A DNA stretch of 64,000 nt, from positions 2,418,001-2,482,000 of the forward strand of contig CDRNST010000002.1 in the NCBI GenBank assembly GCA_977016875.1, in the 5' to 3' direction. The notes beneath the pieces are model-generated. The model was not told the DNA's origin and searched no databases. It saw nothing but the letters and a program-made list of their open reading frames with translations. The stretch comes from Pavona decussata. Taxonomy: Eukaryota. This document shows, piece after piece, positions 1-12,041 of the stretch. Each line of letters opens with the position of its first letter. The stretch's first letter is position 1. The position numbers and the translations under genes are program-made.

Positions 1-1072
1 CCTTGCTTGAAAAACATTGTCTCTTGGGTGGGTGGGGGGGGGGAGAGGGAGGGAGGTTCCTTGCTCGTGAGAAGTCGCGGATGTTTAGAACACAGCTTAG
101 TGCCCTTTTTTTTAACAGTCACTTATTTTCTACTGTATGGCACTTATCTTTGCAAATATAAAGAATGAAGTGGACAGTTACTATAATGTTTCGTAACTAC
201 ACCAAAAGGCTAACATTAATGGGTGGAGATTCCATCTATGACACAGTAGCAACATGTAGAGTAGACATCGCAAGCTGTTTGGGGCCACACCTGCATTTTA
301 TGTGTACATGTAGCATGTTCCTTGACTGCATAACAGTCAAATTTTTGTCTTTCAAGTGCAGATACAATACTTGAGAAGCACAGAAAGCCTGGTATGTCAT
401 TAGAGTTCTCTTTGCCTACAAGAAACGACCGCGCATGATAATACGACGAACCAGCACTTAAAAAGACTTTTGCAGTCAGGCCTGTTCCATGCTCCAGAAT
501 TGTGAGAACCACGAAATCTTGAAACCATGAACCCAAATTTAAAAGCACCCTCTCTCTGCACAATTCCACTCATTTTGTTTCATCGGGTTTTGCTTTCAAA
601 TTTGGGTGTTCCCTCTAACTGAGAGCTATGAACTGGCCCAGTAAATTTCAACAAGTAAGTGTTTATGTGGCATTAATAAATATTGCAAGGCTAATCACTT
701 ACGGCTTTTTCTTGATAAGGAAACGGAAACTTTAAAAGGCTGATATCAAAAGGTCTTACATTGTTTTGTTGTGCTTCATTTTGTTGCTCTACAGGGGCAG
801 CTATCTACAAGTTCTTCCAGGAGTGCCATATACGGAGCTTTCCTCCTCACCGCTGGTCCTGGTACATCCAGTTCCAAACTTTGGCAGAGATGCTGTAGCA
901 TCCCTAACTTTGTTTTCCAAAACTCGGCTTTGTTGTTAACTTATGAGCATATCTCGTACTGATCAACGGCTATTGGGTGATGGATACGCAGGGTGGAAAT
1001 CACATCTGCTCTTGCCAGAGAGAAATTACTTTGCTCCTCTACCGCTAAGAAATCTTGTGGTGTCACCTCAAC

Positions 1073-2760
1073 TTATTGCTGACGCAGCTTCGCTGCAAGG
1101 TACGAGAAGTAAGATAACACTACCTGGGAAGTGAGGAACTCTGGACCACAAAACAACCTTTCCCCGTCTCTGCCCCAAGCACGGCGCATTTCTTTTGCAA
1201 CAACTTCTGGCTCCAACTTCCTACCTGTGGACTGGGTGATATTAAATTTCGCCTCCAGATAGGTCATCTGGTTTTTGTTAAACCGGTAGGCCTTCTTCGT
1301 TGCCTTCAGTGCCCAGTCCTCCTTGACAGTTTCACCTTGGTTCAAGCTGTCAACAGGCCTTCCTGGAGACAGTTGGCGTACTGTTGCTTGGCCATGTCCA
1401 TGGAACAGGATTCTAATGACAGGTGACGTTCCAGGGCAGACGACCTTTGAAATACTTTAACGAACCGTCCTTTGAGCATGAAAAGACAATTTTCTTTATT
1501 TCATTGTAAGAGAACGCCATAATCGTAGATCGTTTACCATACTAAATTCAGAAAAAATATCATGTACTGTAAAAACCATTGCAAAGTCGAGAAAATGTAA
1601 CACAGAGTTCCCTATTTTTCCAAAAAAAATGTATGCGCGGGCTACATAACACATTTCATAAGCTTATTAACTCTTTGAGGCAGATGTTATATCTTGAGGG
1701 GTAAACGTCATTTTACAGAAATAAAAGCTGGGTTATCTGTAAGGTTTAGTATTCGTCAGAATGTAAACTTTTAAGTCATGAAAACTGTCTCTGTCAACAA
1801 GGTAGAAAACCACTTATGACTGGCAAACGTAGGTATCAGTAAAACTTAGCAAAAAAACAAAAAAGACATAAAAGACAGATTAGTCTTCAAAAATAAATCA
1901 CCTTCTATATTTCTTTACTTTTGTGAACCTCATTAAAGGCTTATATATCCCTTGAAAATCCCACCGTGCGAGACTTTTTAGTGCTCGTTAAAGATCATAT
2001 GCAAACCGTTAATCAGGACATAAAATCTCCAATTTGCTCTACCTGGTACCGTGGAAACAAAATGTAATTAAAAAATTAATAATCTACAACTCTGACGTAG
2101 CCTGCAGGGGAAGGGCCATAGGAGAGATCAAGGGGTTGACATGCGTGAACCGGGAGACGCGTGCGAGGGCGCTTTGCTCTGGCACCACTTGCTCAGCAAA
2201 TTTCTACTTTCCTTCTCCTTTCGGCTTCTCTCACGCAGGCCAACAATTGAATGATGTATTAATGTCAAAACAATGTGAAATACGTACGGAAGCCTACTGG
2301 TAAAAGCATCTTTCTGGTCTCCACACAGCTTTTGGAGCTGAAGATTTGCCTTTGTGGGCAGCTATTTCAGCATGAATGGTACAATGAGACCTGTTACACC
2401 GCCATCTGGTACCAAATAAATCGCGATGGCGAGGGCACACCGTCATTTTGACATGGGATTGTTCTTTTTCAAACATGCTTGAAAATTACCGATTTAAAAT
2501 TCACTCAACGAAGGTAGTTATATAAAAAAAAGGAATGTTAAAGGAGCATGATGGATTTGCAATGGCTAAAAACCTACCTGCGTGAGTTAGCAATAGCTTT
2601 CATTCAATGTCGACGCCAGAATTGTCGCTAATTTTGCAGTAGACTAGGTGGGAGCAGACATGTTTCTTGCAATTGCTGATTGCAACACATTACACATTGG
2701 CCGGAACTTGGACCACAGTCAACACCAACAAAGCAAGAATAACCACAATATGCTTTGATA
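1073..2760 (-). pseudogene. Internally deleted remnant of a cnidarian DNA-transposon gene (possibly Sola3-like)
   Basis: Cys-rich N-terminal exons (CVAISNCKKHVCSHL near 2580-2690; VCPRHRDLFGTRWR at 2294-2476) and a C-terminal WALK..RFN..Q..YLEAKFN...FLT...YFS segment (1073-1345). No catalytic core is visible, and the family call is from memory. Confidence 0.4.
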
Positions 2761-3199
2761 TCAAGGCGAAAAACTAATATTTAGAACTCTCAGTATTATC
2801 TAACACTGACAATCATACCACGAGTTTACCAGGTCTGCCAAATCCCAGTGCGCAAGTGTCAAGCAATCTTATTGTGACAAACTTCAGGAATGTCAACATA
2901 CGACCTTTGCTTGCGTCTTCGTCTTGCAACATTTAGAGTAAATAATGCTATCATATGGTCAGGATATTGCTAGACTCAAGAATTGATTGCACGATTGTCC
3001 TAGTCCTGCAAAAAATTCAAGGATCGGGCAAGTTTTATAACTTATCGAGCTAATTGAAAGAAAGCAAAAAGTAAACTGCAACACCTATTAAGAAAGCTGA
3101 ATAAGAAGGGACACTTTGAGGATGATGACTAAAGCAGAATCTATCCGAAAGGTTCAAACCTGGCACGAATCTATGGCCTCCCTTAGATGCATAAACCAC

Positions 3200-3405
3200 G
3201 GCAGCAGGGTGCTTAAAGATCTTTTTCACACAGCCACAGCCCAATCTCACTTTTCTATTAATGGTTCTTCTTATGATCAAGTTGATGGGGTAGCTATGGG
3301 ACCCCCCTCGCACCAGTATTGGCCAATCTTTTTATGGGTCATCATGGGAGGGAGTGGTTATAAAATTTTTGTCTTTCGGAGGTTTTGTTCTACCGGTGGT
3401 ATGTC
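3200..3405 (+). mobile_element. Penelope-like reverse transcriptase fragment
   Basis: LFHTATAQSHFSINGSSYDQVDGVAMG, then after a frameshift PLAPVLANLFMGHH..WL...FYRWYV. It stops just before the catalytic DD. Confidence 0.8.
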
Positions 3406-3455
3406 ACGTTTAAGCTGGAGAGCGAAAAGAAAAATTAAATTATAAAATTGTAAAA

Positions 3456-3800
3456 TATATCAACAATGAAACTGCAGCCCTTGTCTGGACAGTGACATTG
3501 AGCGTCTATAAAGTAAAATAGTACTTAATTACTAAATGCGTGAAAAAAGGTGATAACATCCAGCTATAAAATAGATATCGACAATGCAACTGCAGCCCTT
3601 GTCTGAACAGTGACATGGAGCGACCAGAAAGCAAAAACGTACTAAATTACTAAATCCGTGAAAAATTTGCTAACATGATAACCACCAGTTACAACAAAGA
3701 GATATCGACAATGAAACCGCAACCCTTGTCTGAACAGTGACATTGAGCGTCAAGAAAGTAAAATTGTACTTATAATCCAATAAAAAAGGTGGTAATATGA
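3456..3800. repeat. About 3 tandem copies of a 118-127 bp unit downstream of YR
   Basis: ATATCRACAATGMAACYGCARCCCTTGTCTGRACAGTGACATKGAGCG recurs near 3458, 3575 and 3702. Confidence 0.9.
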
Positions 3801-4055
3801 TAATATCAAGCGATATCAACCACCACCACCTGTCTGACCTATGTTGCAATAACTTTAAGGCACGAAATAGTGTAACAGGTAAAATTAGGATATAAGAGCC
3901 TGCAAATAAGCAGCCCAATGTCTAGCCTTCTAAGCAGGCATTACCACTAAAGGAATTCTGCATTACTGTAGGAAACATTGTGGTGATGAAAGTCGAGCAA
4001 GTAGCAGCCCAATTGCCTGACCTACTTACCAAATGTCAACACCTATGTAAAGTAT

Positions 4056-4991
4056 TCAATTAGCGTAAAGAATTTCCGACCTCAAATAAACTTTGAATGC
4101 GTCTGATTTCCACCGACCAAGAGCACAGATTTGCGCATCAGAATATCCTCTGTCCGCCGCATGACACGCCCCACCGATACGGAAGCTATGGCCCTTGTAA
4201 CGACTTGCGTCTAAACCACAATACGATAAGCACTGTTGAAGGGCGATATGGAATTGGTGAACAGAAATTGAAGTTTGATCAGCATGGCAAAAAAGCGGAC
4301 CAGGCCGATCCCCTCTAACCCTGCAGTATTGGAAAAGAGCTGTCACTGGGCAAAAGGGGGAAGAAACATCCGGTGCAAGTAAAATGTCAAAAGGGCGCCG
4401 CCTGGCGTTGTGCTTATATTCATGAGTAGTAATCTTCGCTCCCTGCGGCGGGCCATCAGGGTCAGTACCAAACGAGAATGTCAAACCACTGTACTGAATG
4501 ACGGAACGCACGAATCGCGTGCTCTTGGTAGCCAGTTCACCTATACGGAAAAAGCCGTGAAATGCTATGAGGAACATCGCAGAAAACAGAAAACGCTGAA
4601 ATGCGGAAGAGTTAGAGAAGCTAAGAGAACGAAGTAGCTCATGCAAAATAGGTCGAGTAATGGGCAGACGGATGTCCAAAGGCTGCTGACGGCTCAAAGC
4701 TGTCGACAGCTTTTCAACAAGAAACGATTTTGTAGGATCATGCAAACCTTTAATCTTGTGTACATAGGAAATAGCAGAAAGATACGATTTGATAGTCGAA
4801 GATGCCAATTTTTGAAAAGGAAGATATGAAATAAAAAGAGGAATACAAGTTGCAGGCAAAGGTAACTGAGGGTCTGCACAACCATAAAATTGCGCATAAA
4901 ATTGCCGAAATACGACCCACGCACGCTGGTACATATGTCGAGAACCACTAGTTAAGGAGGAATGTAAAAGACCTTTTAACTGAGCGCCCAA
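4056..4991 (-). CDS. Tyrosine recombinase (DIRS/Ngaro YR)
   Basis: Open 311-aa ORF with FRIGEL, HSFRIG and GRWKSDAFKVY motifs (R..HxxR..W..Y) and an N-terminal STIKSYLSAISYVH SAM-like segment. Confidence 0.95.
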   Translation of the reverse strand: MGAQLKGLLHSSLTSGSRHMYQRAWVVFRQFYAQFYGCADPQLPLPATCIPLFISYLPFQKLASSTIKSYLSAISYVHKIKGLHDPTKSFLVEKLSTALSRQQPLDIRLPITRPILHELLRSLSFSNSSAFQRFLFSAMFLIAFHGFFRIGELATKSTRFVRSVIQYSGLTFSFGTDPDGPPQGAKITTHEYKHNARRRPFDILLAPDVSSPFCPVTALFQYCRVRGDRPGPLFCHADQTSISVHQFHIALQQCLSYCGLDASRYKGHSFRIGGACHAADRGYSDAQICALGRWKSDAFKVYLRSEILYAN

Positions 4992-6677
4992 CTCTTTGGC
5001 ATTAGGTTCTCAGGAACTGTTGTCGGTAACTCGTCGGCGTCTGGCGAAAGTTCCTTGAACGTTGCGACCTGGGAATGTGAAATATAATCAGCACAAGCAT
5101 TGGCTAACCCTGGAATATGGCGAGCGCGAAAGAAAATGTTATGTCTAAGGCAGCTTAACACTAAGTCCCTTAACAGTACCATAATACCCTGGTGTTTGGA
5201 TGTCTGGTTATTGATAATTTTGACAACAGCAGCATTGTCAGAGAGAAAGATGACACGTTTATCTGTCATAAGACACCCCCAGATGTGAATTGCAGGGACA
5301 ATAGGAAAAAGTTCTAAAAGCGCGATGTTATAAGTTTTCTAAGTGGCCGGCCAAAGGCCATGAAACCAGTGGCTAGCAAAAGCCGCCCCAAAACCGATTG
5401 ATCCCGCCGAATCTGAATATAACTGTAGGGTCTGGGATGTTTCCCAAAAGTCACTGAAGAAAAAAGAGCGCCCATTAAAATCTTCTAAAAATCTAAGCCA
5501 GAGCATAATATCTGACTGAGCTCCCCTCGACAGATGAATGTGATGATGAGGCTTTTTAACGCCTTTTGTAAGATCTATCATACGGTGAAGAAAAGCTCGG
5601 CCGGGAACAACCACGAGACACGTAAAATTCAACAAACCTATTAAAGACTGAAGTTCTTTTAGGCGAACGGAGCGCCGGGCTTGAAAATCCTGTAACATCG
5701 CACGACATCTAGGCAGCTTTTCCGCTGGGAGGCGCGCCTCTTGGCGAACAGAATCTAGCGTGATGCCCGCAAACTGTAACACAGTTGCGGGGCCGACTGT
5801 TTTCTCTGGGGCTAAAGGAACGCCCAAGTAATTACACATTGTAAGAAAATTGTTCAGGTCAGAGCGACACTGTTCTTCGCTTTTGGCTATAAACAGGAAA
5901 TCATCTAAAATATGTAAAACTGCACAAGCACCGAGATGATTTACGGACAACCACTCGAGAGCCGTGCTAAACGATTCGAATATAGCTCAAGAACTTGAAA
6001 GCCCCATAGCGAGACATCTATCAAAATAATACATGTTATCCCATTTCACACCAAGCAAGGAATAGTCAGCAGGGTGAATAGGGATTATACGGAAAGCAGA
6101 TTTAACATCTGTCTTGGCTATAAACAAAACCTTTACCCAAACGTCTCAATAACGTTGTCGCATCCCCGACAGATGCATATTTCACTGTAGAACAATAATC
6201 AGGAATGAAATCATTAACTGAAGAACCGTTCGGGAAAGATAAATGGTGTATCATTCGAAACTCGGATGGATCTTTTTCAGGAACAAGGCCCAATGGGGAA
6301 CAACGAAATTTGGAAAAGGGTGGAGTTGAAAACGGTCTGACAATTCTCCCTGCATCACATTCCTTGCGTAATTTAGCACTAGTGATCTCTGGTTGCTCCA
6401 AGGCACTTTTAAGATTAGGACAATCAGACGCAAAACGCTCACCAACATAATTAACCCTAAAACGGCAACGAAATGCCTCAACAAGAAATTGTGTTAAAAT
6501 TGTATCGTACCCATCTAACAAGAATTCAAGCCGATCAACGCTTACCCGTGTGACCGGTTTGCTGTGCAGAGCCCGCTGGTTGAGGGCTATCTCGCTTGCC
6601 TTTTGGGCCTCTGGATTTGGTTGAAGGAGCGGAGCATTGGCCTCCTGGGTGTTTCTCACCACATTTGTAACACACAT
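4976..6677 (-). pseudogene. DIRS/Ngaro RT-RNase H, frameshifted
   Basis: SPLGLVP..FRMIHHLSFP, HILDDFL, LAPEKT, LQSLIGLLNF, YSDSAG, SDNAAVV and HIPGLANACADYIS, split over three ORFs. Confidence 0.93.
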
Positions 6678-7659
6678 GCTCGAATTGGCACCCTGAGCAG
6701 TGTTTACCGGCTTGAAAAGCCCAGCATGTGCCTCTAGGGAATCTTTGAGAACGAAAACGTTTGTTGGTGGGCGTTTGCGTTTGCGGTCGGCGAAAAGTAT
6801 TAGACGCCCTTAACCACAATTCCCAGTGAATCTGATCCCACGTATATTGTTCTGGCGACGATTGCCTCAAATAGAGAAATTGCTCATCGTACCAATGCCA
6901 ATCACCCGCCTTTGAAGCCAGGTCCCGCAAAACCTTACAGTATTTCATCAACTGTGCCGTTTGGTTAGAAATTCGTTTCGAATACACAGAAACAAATATG
7001 GTAAAGGCAGAAACCCACTGGAAGATAGTTGAAATTCGCTTGAAAGTGTGGTAGGGCTCAAGCGTCAGTGACGGTTGACTCGATGAACCTAATGACGGGG
7101 ATATTGCTAAAGAATATTTCCCCTCATCTTGAGGTGAATCGGACAATAAGGTCGCAAAATTAATGTACTCATTCGCCCAAATTTTTGCTTTGACCTTGGA
7201 ACTAACCCTAGTCGTAAGAGGTACTGAAACACTGGTAAAGAGACTCTGTGGTCTGGGATCGTTAACACTAACTAAGCTATTCAGATGATTAAATGCACCT
7301 TTATCAGTTCCTGATTGACCATTGGTCGTCGTGATAGCAAGCACTTCGTCCTCCACCTTCTGGTCAACAAGTGTAGGGGCATCTGGCGTTGGGGCGGGCT
7401 GGTTTTCCTGGTTGCCGGCGCCAATAAGAGAAGCCAGATTTGCCGGTGAAAAGGCTGTTTTTATGGCCTGGCTTAAAACTGCCGAGATAGTGGAGGAAAT
7501 GGCTCCAACAGCGACTGATACTGTGCCACTGGAGTTGTCCTTTGGCGGCGCAGTGGTGACAACCTCGCGCTCTTCAGCAGGTTGTAGCCTCCCTCGTCTG
7601 GCTCTTTTATTAGGCCGAAGTGGTCTTGCTACCGGGGCTGCACACTTTTTCGGAGGCAT
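6535..7659 (-). CDS. DIRS/Ngaro gag-like ORF
   Basis: Likely true start MPPKK at 7659; KIWANEYINF, WHWYDEQF and C-terminal Cys/His fingers (CWAFQAGKHCSGCQFEHVCYKCGEKH). It overlaps the RT ORF. Confidence 0.88.
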   Translation of the reverse strand: MPPKKCAAPVARPLRPNKRARRGRLQPAEEREVVTTAPPKDNSSGTVSVAVGAISSTISAVLSQAIKTAFSPANLASLIGAGNQENQPAPTPDAPTLVDQKVEDEVLAITTTNGQSGTDKGAFNHLNSLVSVNDPRPQSLFTSVSVPLTTRVSSKVKAKIWANEYINFATLLSDSPQDEGKYSLAISPSLGSSSQPSLTLEPYHTFKRISTIFQWVSAFTIFVSVYSKRISNQTAQLMKYCKVLRDLASKAGDWHWYDEQFLYLRQSSPEQYTWDQIHWELWLRASNTFRRPQTQTPTNKRFRSQRFPRGTCWAFQAGKHCSGCQFEHVCYKCGEKHPGGQCSAPSTKSRGPKGKRDSPQPAGSAQQTGHTGKR

Positions 7660-7662
7660 TAT

Positions 7663-10200
7663 TTTTTTTATTTTTTTTTTATTTTTTTTTATTTTTTTTT
7701 TATTCATAGCAACGACACGTACAAACAATACTACGTTACATGACTATTTGAGTTACACTACTATTACTACATTACATTACATTGCTTGACCTACTTACAG
7801 AAATTGTACTTACATTGCTTGTATTCTTTTTAACTAATTACGAAATAAATACACGTGCTACGTCATCCTGCATACGATGCTAACACAACACACACACACA
7901 TACACACACGCACCCCACCCACACATACAAGAGATAATAAAAGATTCCCCTTACTCAACTTTCATACTTAAAGTGCTTCACGCATCGTAGTTGCTGAGAG
8001 TGGTCCACTTAGCTCTATATTTTTCGTAATTGGAATTTCTAATGGCTATTTGTCTTTCACATTTGATCTTGCTGTCTAGTAAGGCAAGAAAGACCTTTAA
8101 ATTTGGAGTCTCAGACTGGTTTCTTGCAAGAAAAACATGATATTTAGCAATAAGAAGATAATGGTTTAACGCGTAGAAGGTGGTCGTTTCAGGTTTGTAA
8201 CCGTACAGGATTTCAGTATTCCTAGGACTAATGTTGTCAGAGCGCTTAGCATTCCACCACATCATTATGTCTTTCCAAAAGATTTTAACGTCGGGGCATT
8301 CGCAAAGCATGTGAATAAGCGTTTCGTTCGGAAAGAGGCAGCGTTCACATTCTGGAGAAGCCTTTATATTCATTTTGTAAAGAGAGTGATTAGTGGGTAT
8401 GATGTTATGAATTAGTTTGAATTGGAAGCTCCTCAGTTTGTTTTCGACTGTGACTTTAAAAGGAAGCTCGTATACTGCCTTTACATTTAACCCTAGTTTT
8501 CTAAGATTGATTTCAACGATGGGGGGAGAAAAGGATCTTTCTGCAAGCATCACACGGGCTTTTTTTGTAGAGGAGATGTCAAGGGATGGAACTGGTTCGT
8601 TATCGCCGTTAGTGAGATTACCTATGATTTCGCTTTTCCAAATTTTAGGGATTGCCGCAAGAACACCAGCATAATCGAGAAAAGTAGAGCGAACGCTATA
8701 TTTGCATTTGAAGCTTTCGAACGAAAGGAACTGGCCATGGATGTTTAGGAGGTCGCTTATTTTCAAAATGCCTTTATTAGCCCATGATCTATAATAAAAC
8801 GATTTTCCGTTTATCTTTATAAACCGATTGTTCCAAATGATTTCTTGTTTGTATTCATTTGCGTTACGTGGATCTTTGGAATTGAGCTCTTGCCATACAG
8901 CTAAAACGTCTTTATAAAAAACAGAGAGATTTTTGAGGTCGAGTAATTTAAGATCGTAGTTACATTGAAATAAGAGAGTTCCACCGACCTTACCTAAAAG
9001 CGAATCAAGGAGGGCACACCAATGGCGGTCATTTGCTAGACAGTAACGATTAACCCACGAAGTCTTGAGCGATTTAACAACGTCAGCAAAATTGAGCATA
9101 TTAAGACCGCCGTGGCTTATTGGGCCGGTCAGAGTTTTTCTTTTGACTTTATCTGGCTTAAATTTCCAAATAAAAGAGAAGATATTGCTGTTGACTTCTT
9201 TTACAAATTCTTTGGGAACATTTAATACGGAACAACTGTAAACAAGTTTGGCGAGAGCTAAGTTTTTGACGATGGCAATTCTGCCTAAGATTGTTAAATG
9301 TCTACTTGACCAAGTATTTAGAACTTTTTTGAGTTTGGCAAGCCTCTCGTCGAAATCGATTTTATTCCCAACCTGAACATGATAAGGAAAAGCGATTCCA
9401 AGCGCAATGACGTATTGCTTCGGCCATGAAATGCCAAAAGGTTCTCCTTTGCCTAATCGGCTTTTCAAAGGACCAAGCCAAAGACCCTCGGTTTTAGACT
9501 TATTGATTTTCAAGCCGGAAAGGTCACCGAACTGATCGAGAAGAGTTAGTAGGGACACCGCGGATGAATCGTTGCGAATGAAAGCGGTGGTGTCGTCAGC
9601 GTACATACTGAGTTTAGTGATCTTATTTCCGTTTTCAAGTCCTTTGATTGATTCATCGATTCTTATTTGGTGGGCGAGTGGCTCCACAGCTAGAACAAAG
9701 AGTAAACCTGAAAGAGGACAACCCTGTCTAACACCCCTTTGGAGAGAAAAAAATTCCGACGAGTAGCCATTATTTACAACACAGCTAGAAATGTTGGTGT
9801 AAAACGTTTTGATCCAGTTGAGGAAACTTGGACCGAAATTCATAGTGTTAAGCACTTTAAAGAGAGAGTCCCATTCTAAAGAATCAAAGGCCTTTTCAAA
9901 GTCAAGGAAAAGTATCATTCCGTCCTTGTTTTCATATTGTTCAATTATATCCGAAATTAAGCGAATATTTTCACCAATAAATCTACCTTTGATTTACCCA
10001 GTTTGATCACCGTTTATCAAGTACGGAAGTACTTTCTCTAAACGTTTCGCAATACATTTGGTTGCTAATTTGTAGTCTGTGTTTAGAAGAGAAATAGGGC
10101 GCCAATTTTTTAACAGAAGAGGATCTTTATTCTTTTTTGGGATCAGGGAGATGATTCCTTGACTGAGAGATAGAAAGTTCTCCTAGTGAGGCACAGTGCC
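7663..10200 (-). mobile_element. 5'-truncated L1/Tx1-clade LINE with poly(A) tail and 14-bp TSD
   Basis: TSD TTCGGAGGCATTAT at 7649-7662 and 10201-10214; A-rich tail near 7663-7703; (CA)n in the 3' UTR. Confidence 0.93.
7978..10180 (-). pseudogene. LINE ORF2, RT and zinc-finger part (no endonuclease)
   Basis: NWRPISLLNTDYK, LDFEKAFD, GVRQGCPLS, YADD and C-terminal CERC..ETLIHMLCEC. There is one stop upstream of the 646-aa open stretch. Confidence 0.93.
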
Positions 10201-10791
10201 TTCGGAGGCATTATGGTGAAACTAAGAAACTGGCAGAATAACGAATAACACAGTGATAGACTATTTCGCAATGGAACAAAGACAGACAGTAGGTGTCCCC
10301 AACATAACCCACCATTGTTGTCTAGCATTCCTATTAGAGTGGCGTGTTAAACAGCTTAAGAGAGGTCACGGTTCAAGATATGGAAGTAATCAAAGAAAAC
10401 AAATCAGGATAACAAAAAATTGAGTTTAACGGAATGAAAAATGAAGCAGTACAACATGCAGATAGCCAAGTTCCATAACCATGAGGTGCATAATCACTAT
10501 TACCGAGTGCATTGGCCACACCCCCAAAAGGGGCTGACAAAATTGTACACTCAAAACGGTAAAGCGTAAGCACAAAAATAAACATAACCAAAGCCACATA
10601 ATCAACACGATATCATGTACATCGTGATTGAACAATAGAACAAGCCTGCTGTACCATGGGAAATAAAATTCCCTTTAACATTTGAACAAATAGCAAGGCT
10701 GTTTTAAACAAAGCAATGGGCTTGGCAAAGAACAATAGCAGGGAACTGGCAAAAGAAATTAAAAGAAATACTGCAATTAAACAAATGAAAC

Positions 10792-12041
10792 TCAACGAGC
10801 CATAAAAAGCCGTCTACATCTAAGAACCGCGCCCCTCAAGCTACGAAAGTACTTATAATTGCCTCGGGTATTTAAATGTACACCGTCACGGGCAAGAAAA
10901 CGAGACTTGGCACGCCAAAAACCTTGGTGACGCCAATAAATTGTATATGGTAGCGGCTCCAAGACTACCGTAAGATATTGCGAAAGTAAATTGACCTGCC
11001 TGTTAAACGAAGGAGTATTATGCCTATGGAGGGTTTGGCAGACACAAATCACTTCAACACCGTATGACTCATGAAGCAATCGACACAAGTCTTCGATTCC
11101 CAAGCCCGTTTCAGCGGCCGGAGTGTTGGGAAGGTCATTAGTACCTAACTGTAAGACAACCACGTCGGGAGGGAACTCCTCGACACAAGAAAATTAAGGC
11201 AAGGGTCTCCAGTTATTTACTCGAAAAAACAAGGGGGTGGTCTATCATCTGAAGATTAAGTCGTAACATCGTGAGACTTTAATGGCATAATATGGTTGCA
11301 AATGTCAACATATTGACATGCAAGACGTATGGAAATTAGGTCACGTGACCTGTTACGGCCACAACATTCCAGAAAACTTTTGAGCAAAAATGGCACCACT
11401 TTTTATTGCCTCTTGGAGGCTGCCTATAGTTTCATAATTTTGCAGCTATTAGGCACTTCATTTCTGTGCCCAGGCCTTTTGAAATATTCTCTCAGTTTTA
11501 AAAATAAACGGATAATTTCACTTTGAAGGGACTGGGATCTAGTGAAAATAGCCGTTTATTTTCAAAATTAAAGGAATTTTTAAAAGGCCCGGGCACAGAA
11601 ATGAAGTGTCTAATACTCGCAAAGTTTTAAAACTACGGGCAGCCTCCAGGATGCAATAAAAAGTTGTGCCATTTTTGCTGAAAAGTTTAATGAATGTTGC
11701 GGCCGAAACAGATCACGTGACTTAATTTACATACATCGGGCATGTCAATGTGATGACATTTAGAAGCCTATTACGCTTCTGAAGTCTCACAATGTTCTGG
11801 TTAAATCTTCAGAAGATAGACCACCCCCTTGTTTTTTCCATGCCTTAATTTTGTTGAGCAGCAGAAAGGTCAAACTTTTTAGTTTTAAAAACAGTTCTCC
11901 CTCCAATCCCATGGCATCGGATGACAAGATCACCTGGCACACTAAAGTTTTCTGCGATTTGCGCATTAAAATTACGCAAAAGAAAAGTGTGTAAACGACG
12001 GAAAAACGAATATCCGAGAATCAAAACATGTAGTGGCGCCA
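10792..12041 (-). pseudogene. SGNH/GDSL hydrolase of Ngaro type, split by a MITE
   Basis: Block I ILGYSF, block II GIGGR, block III LQLGTND and block V DGVH are all present. Confidence 0.88.
11198..11844. mobile_element. Palindromic MITE with TTAA TSD (Kolobok-like ends)
   Basis: TTAA|GGCA...TGCC|TTAA; the two halves are imperfect reverse complements around about 11530. Confidence 0.88.

Noticed and set aside
3456-3800. Hammerhead or twister ribozymes in the repeats
   Set aside because: No CTGATGA...GAAA core or twister motif could be found by eye on either strand.
4056-4991. Phage integrase or bacterial contamination
   Set aside because: It is contiguous with gag and RT/RNase H in the DIRS arrangement.
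7660-7728. Lys-rich N-terminal extension of gag in the ORF track
   Set aside because: It is the translated LINE poly(A) tail; the real start is at 7659.
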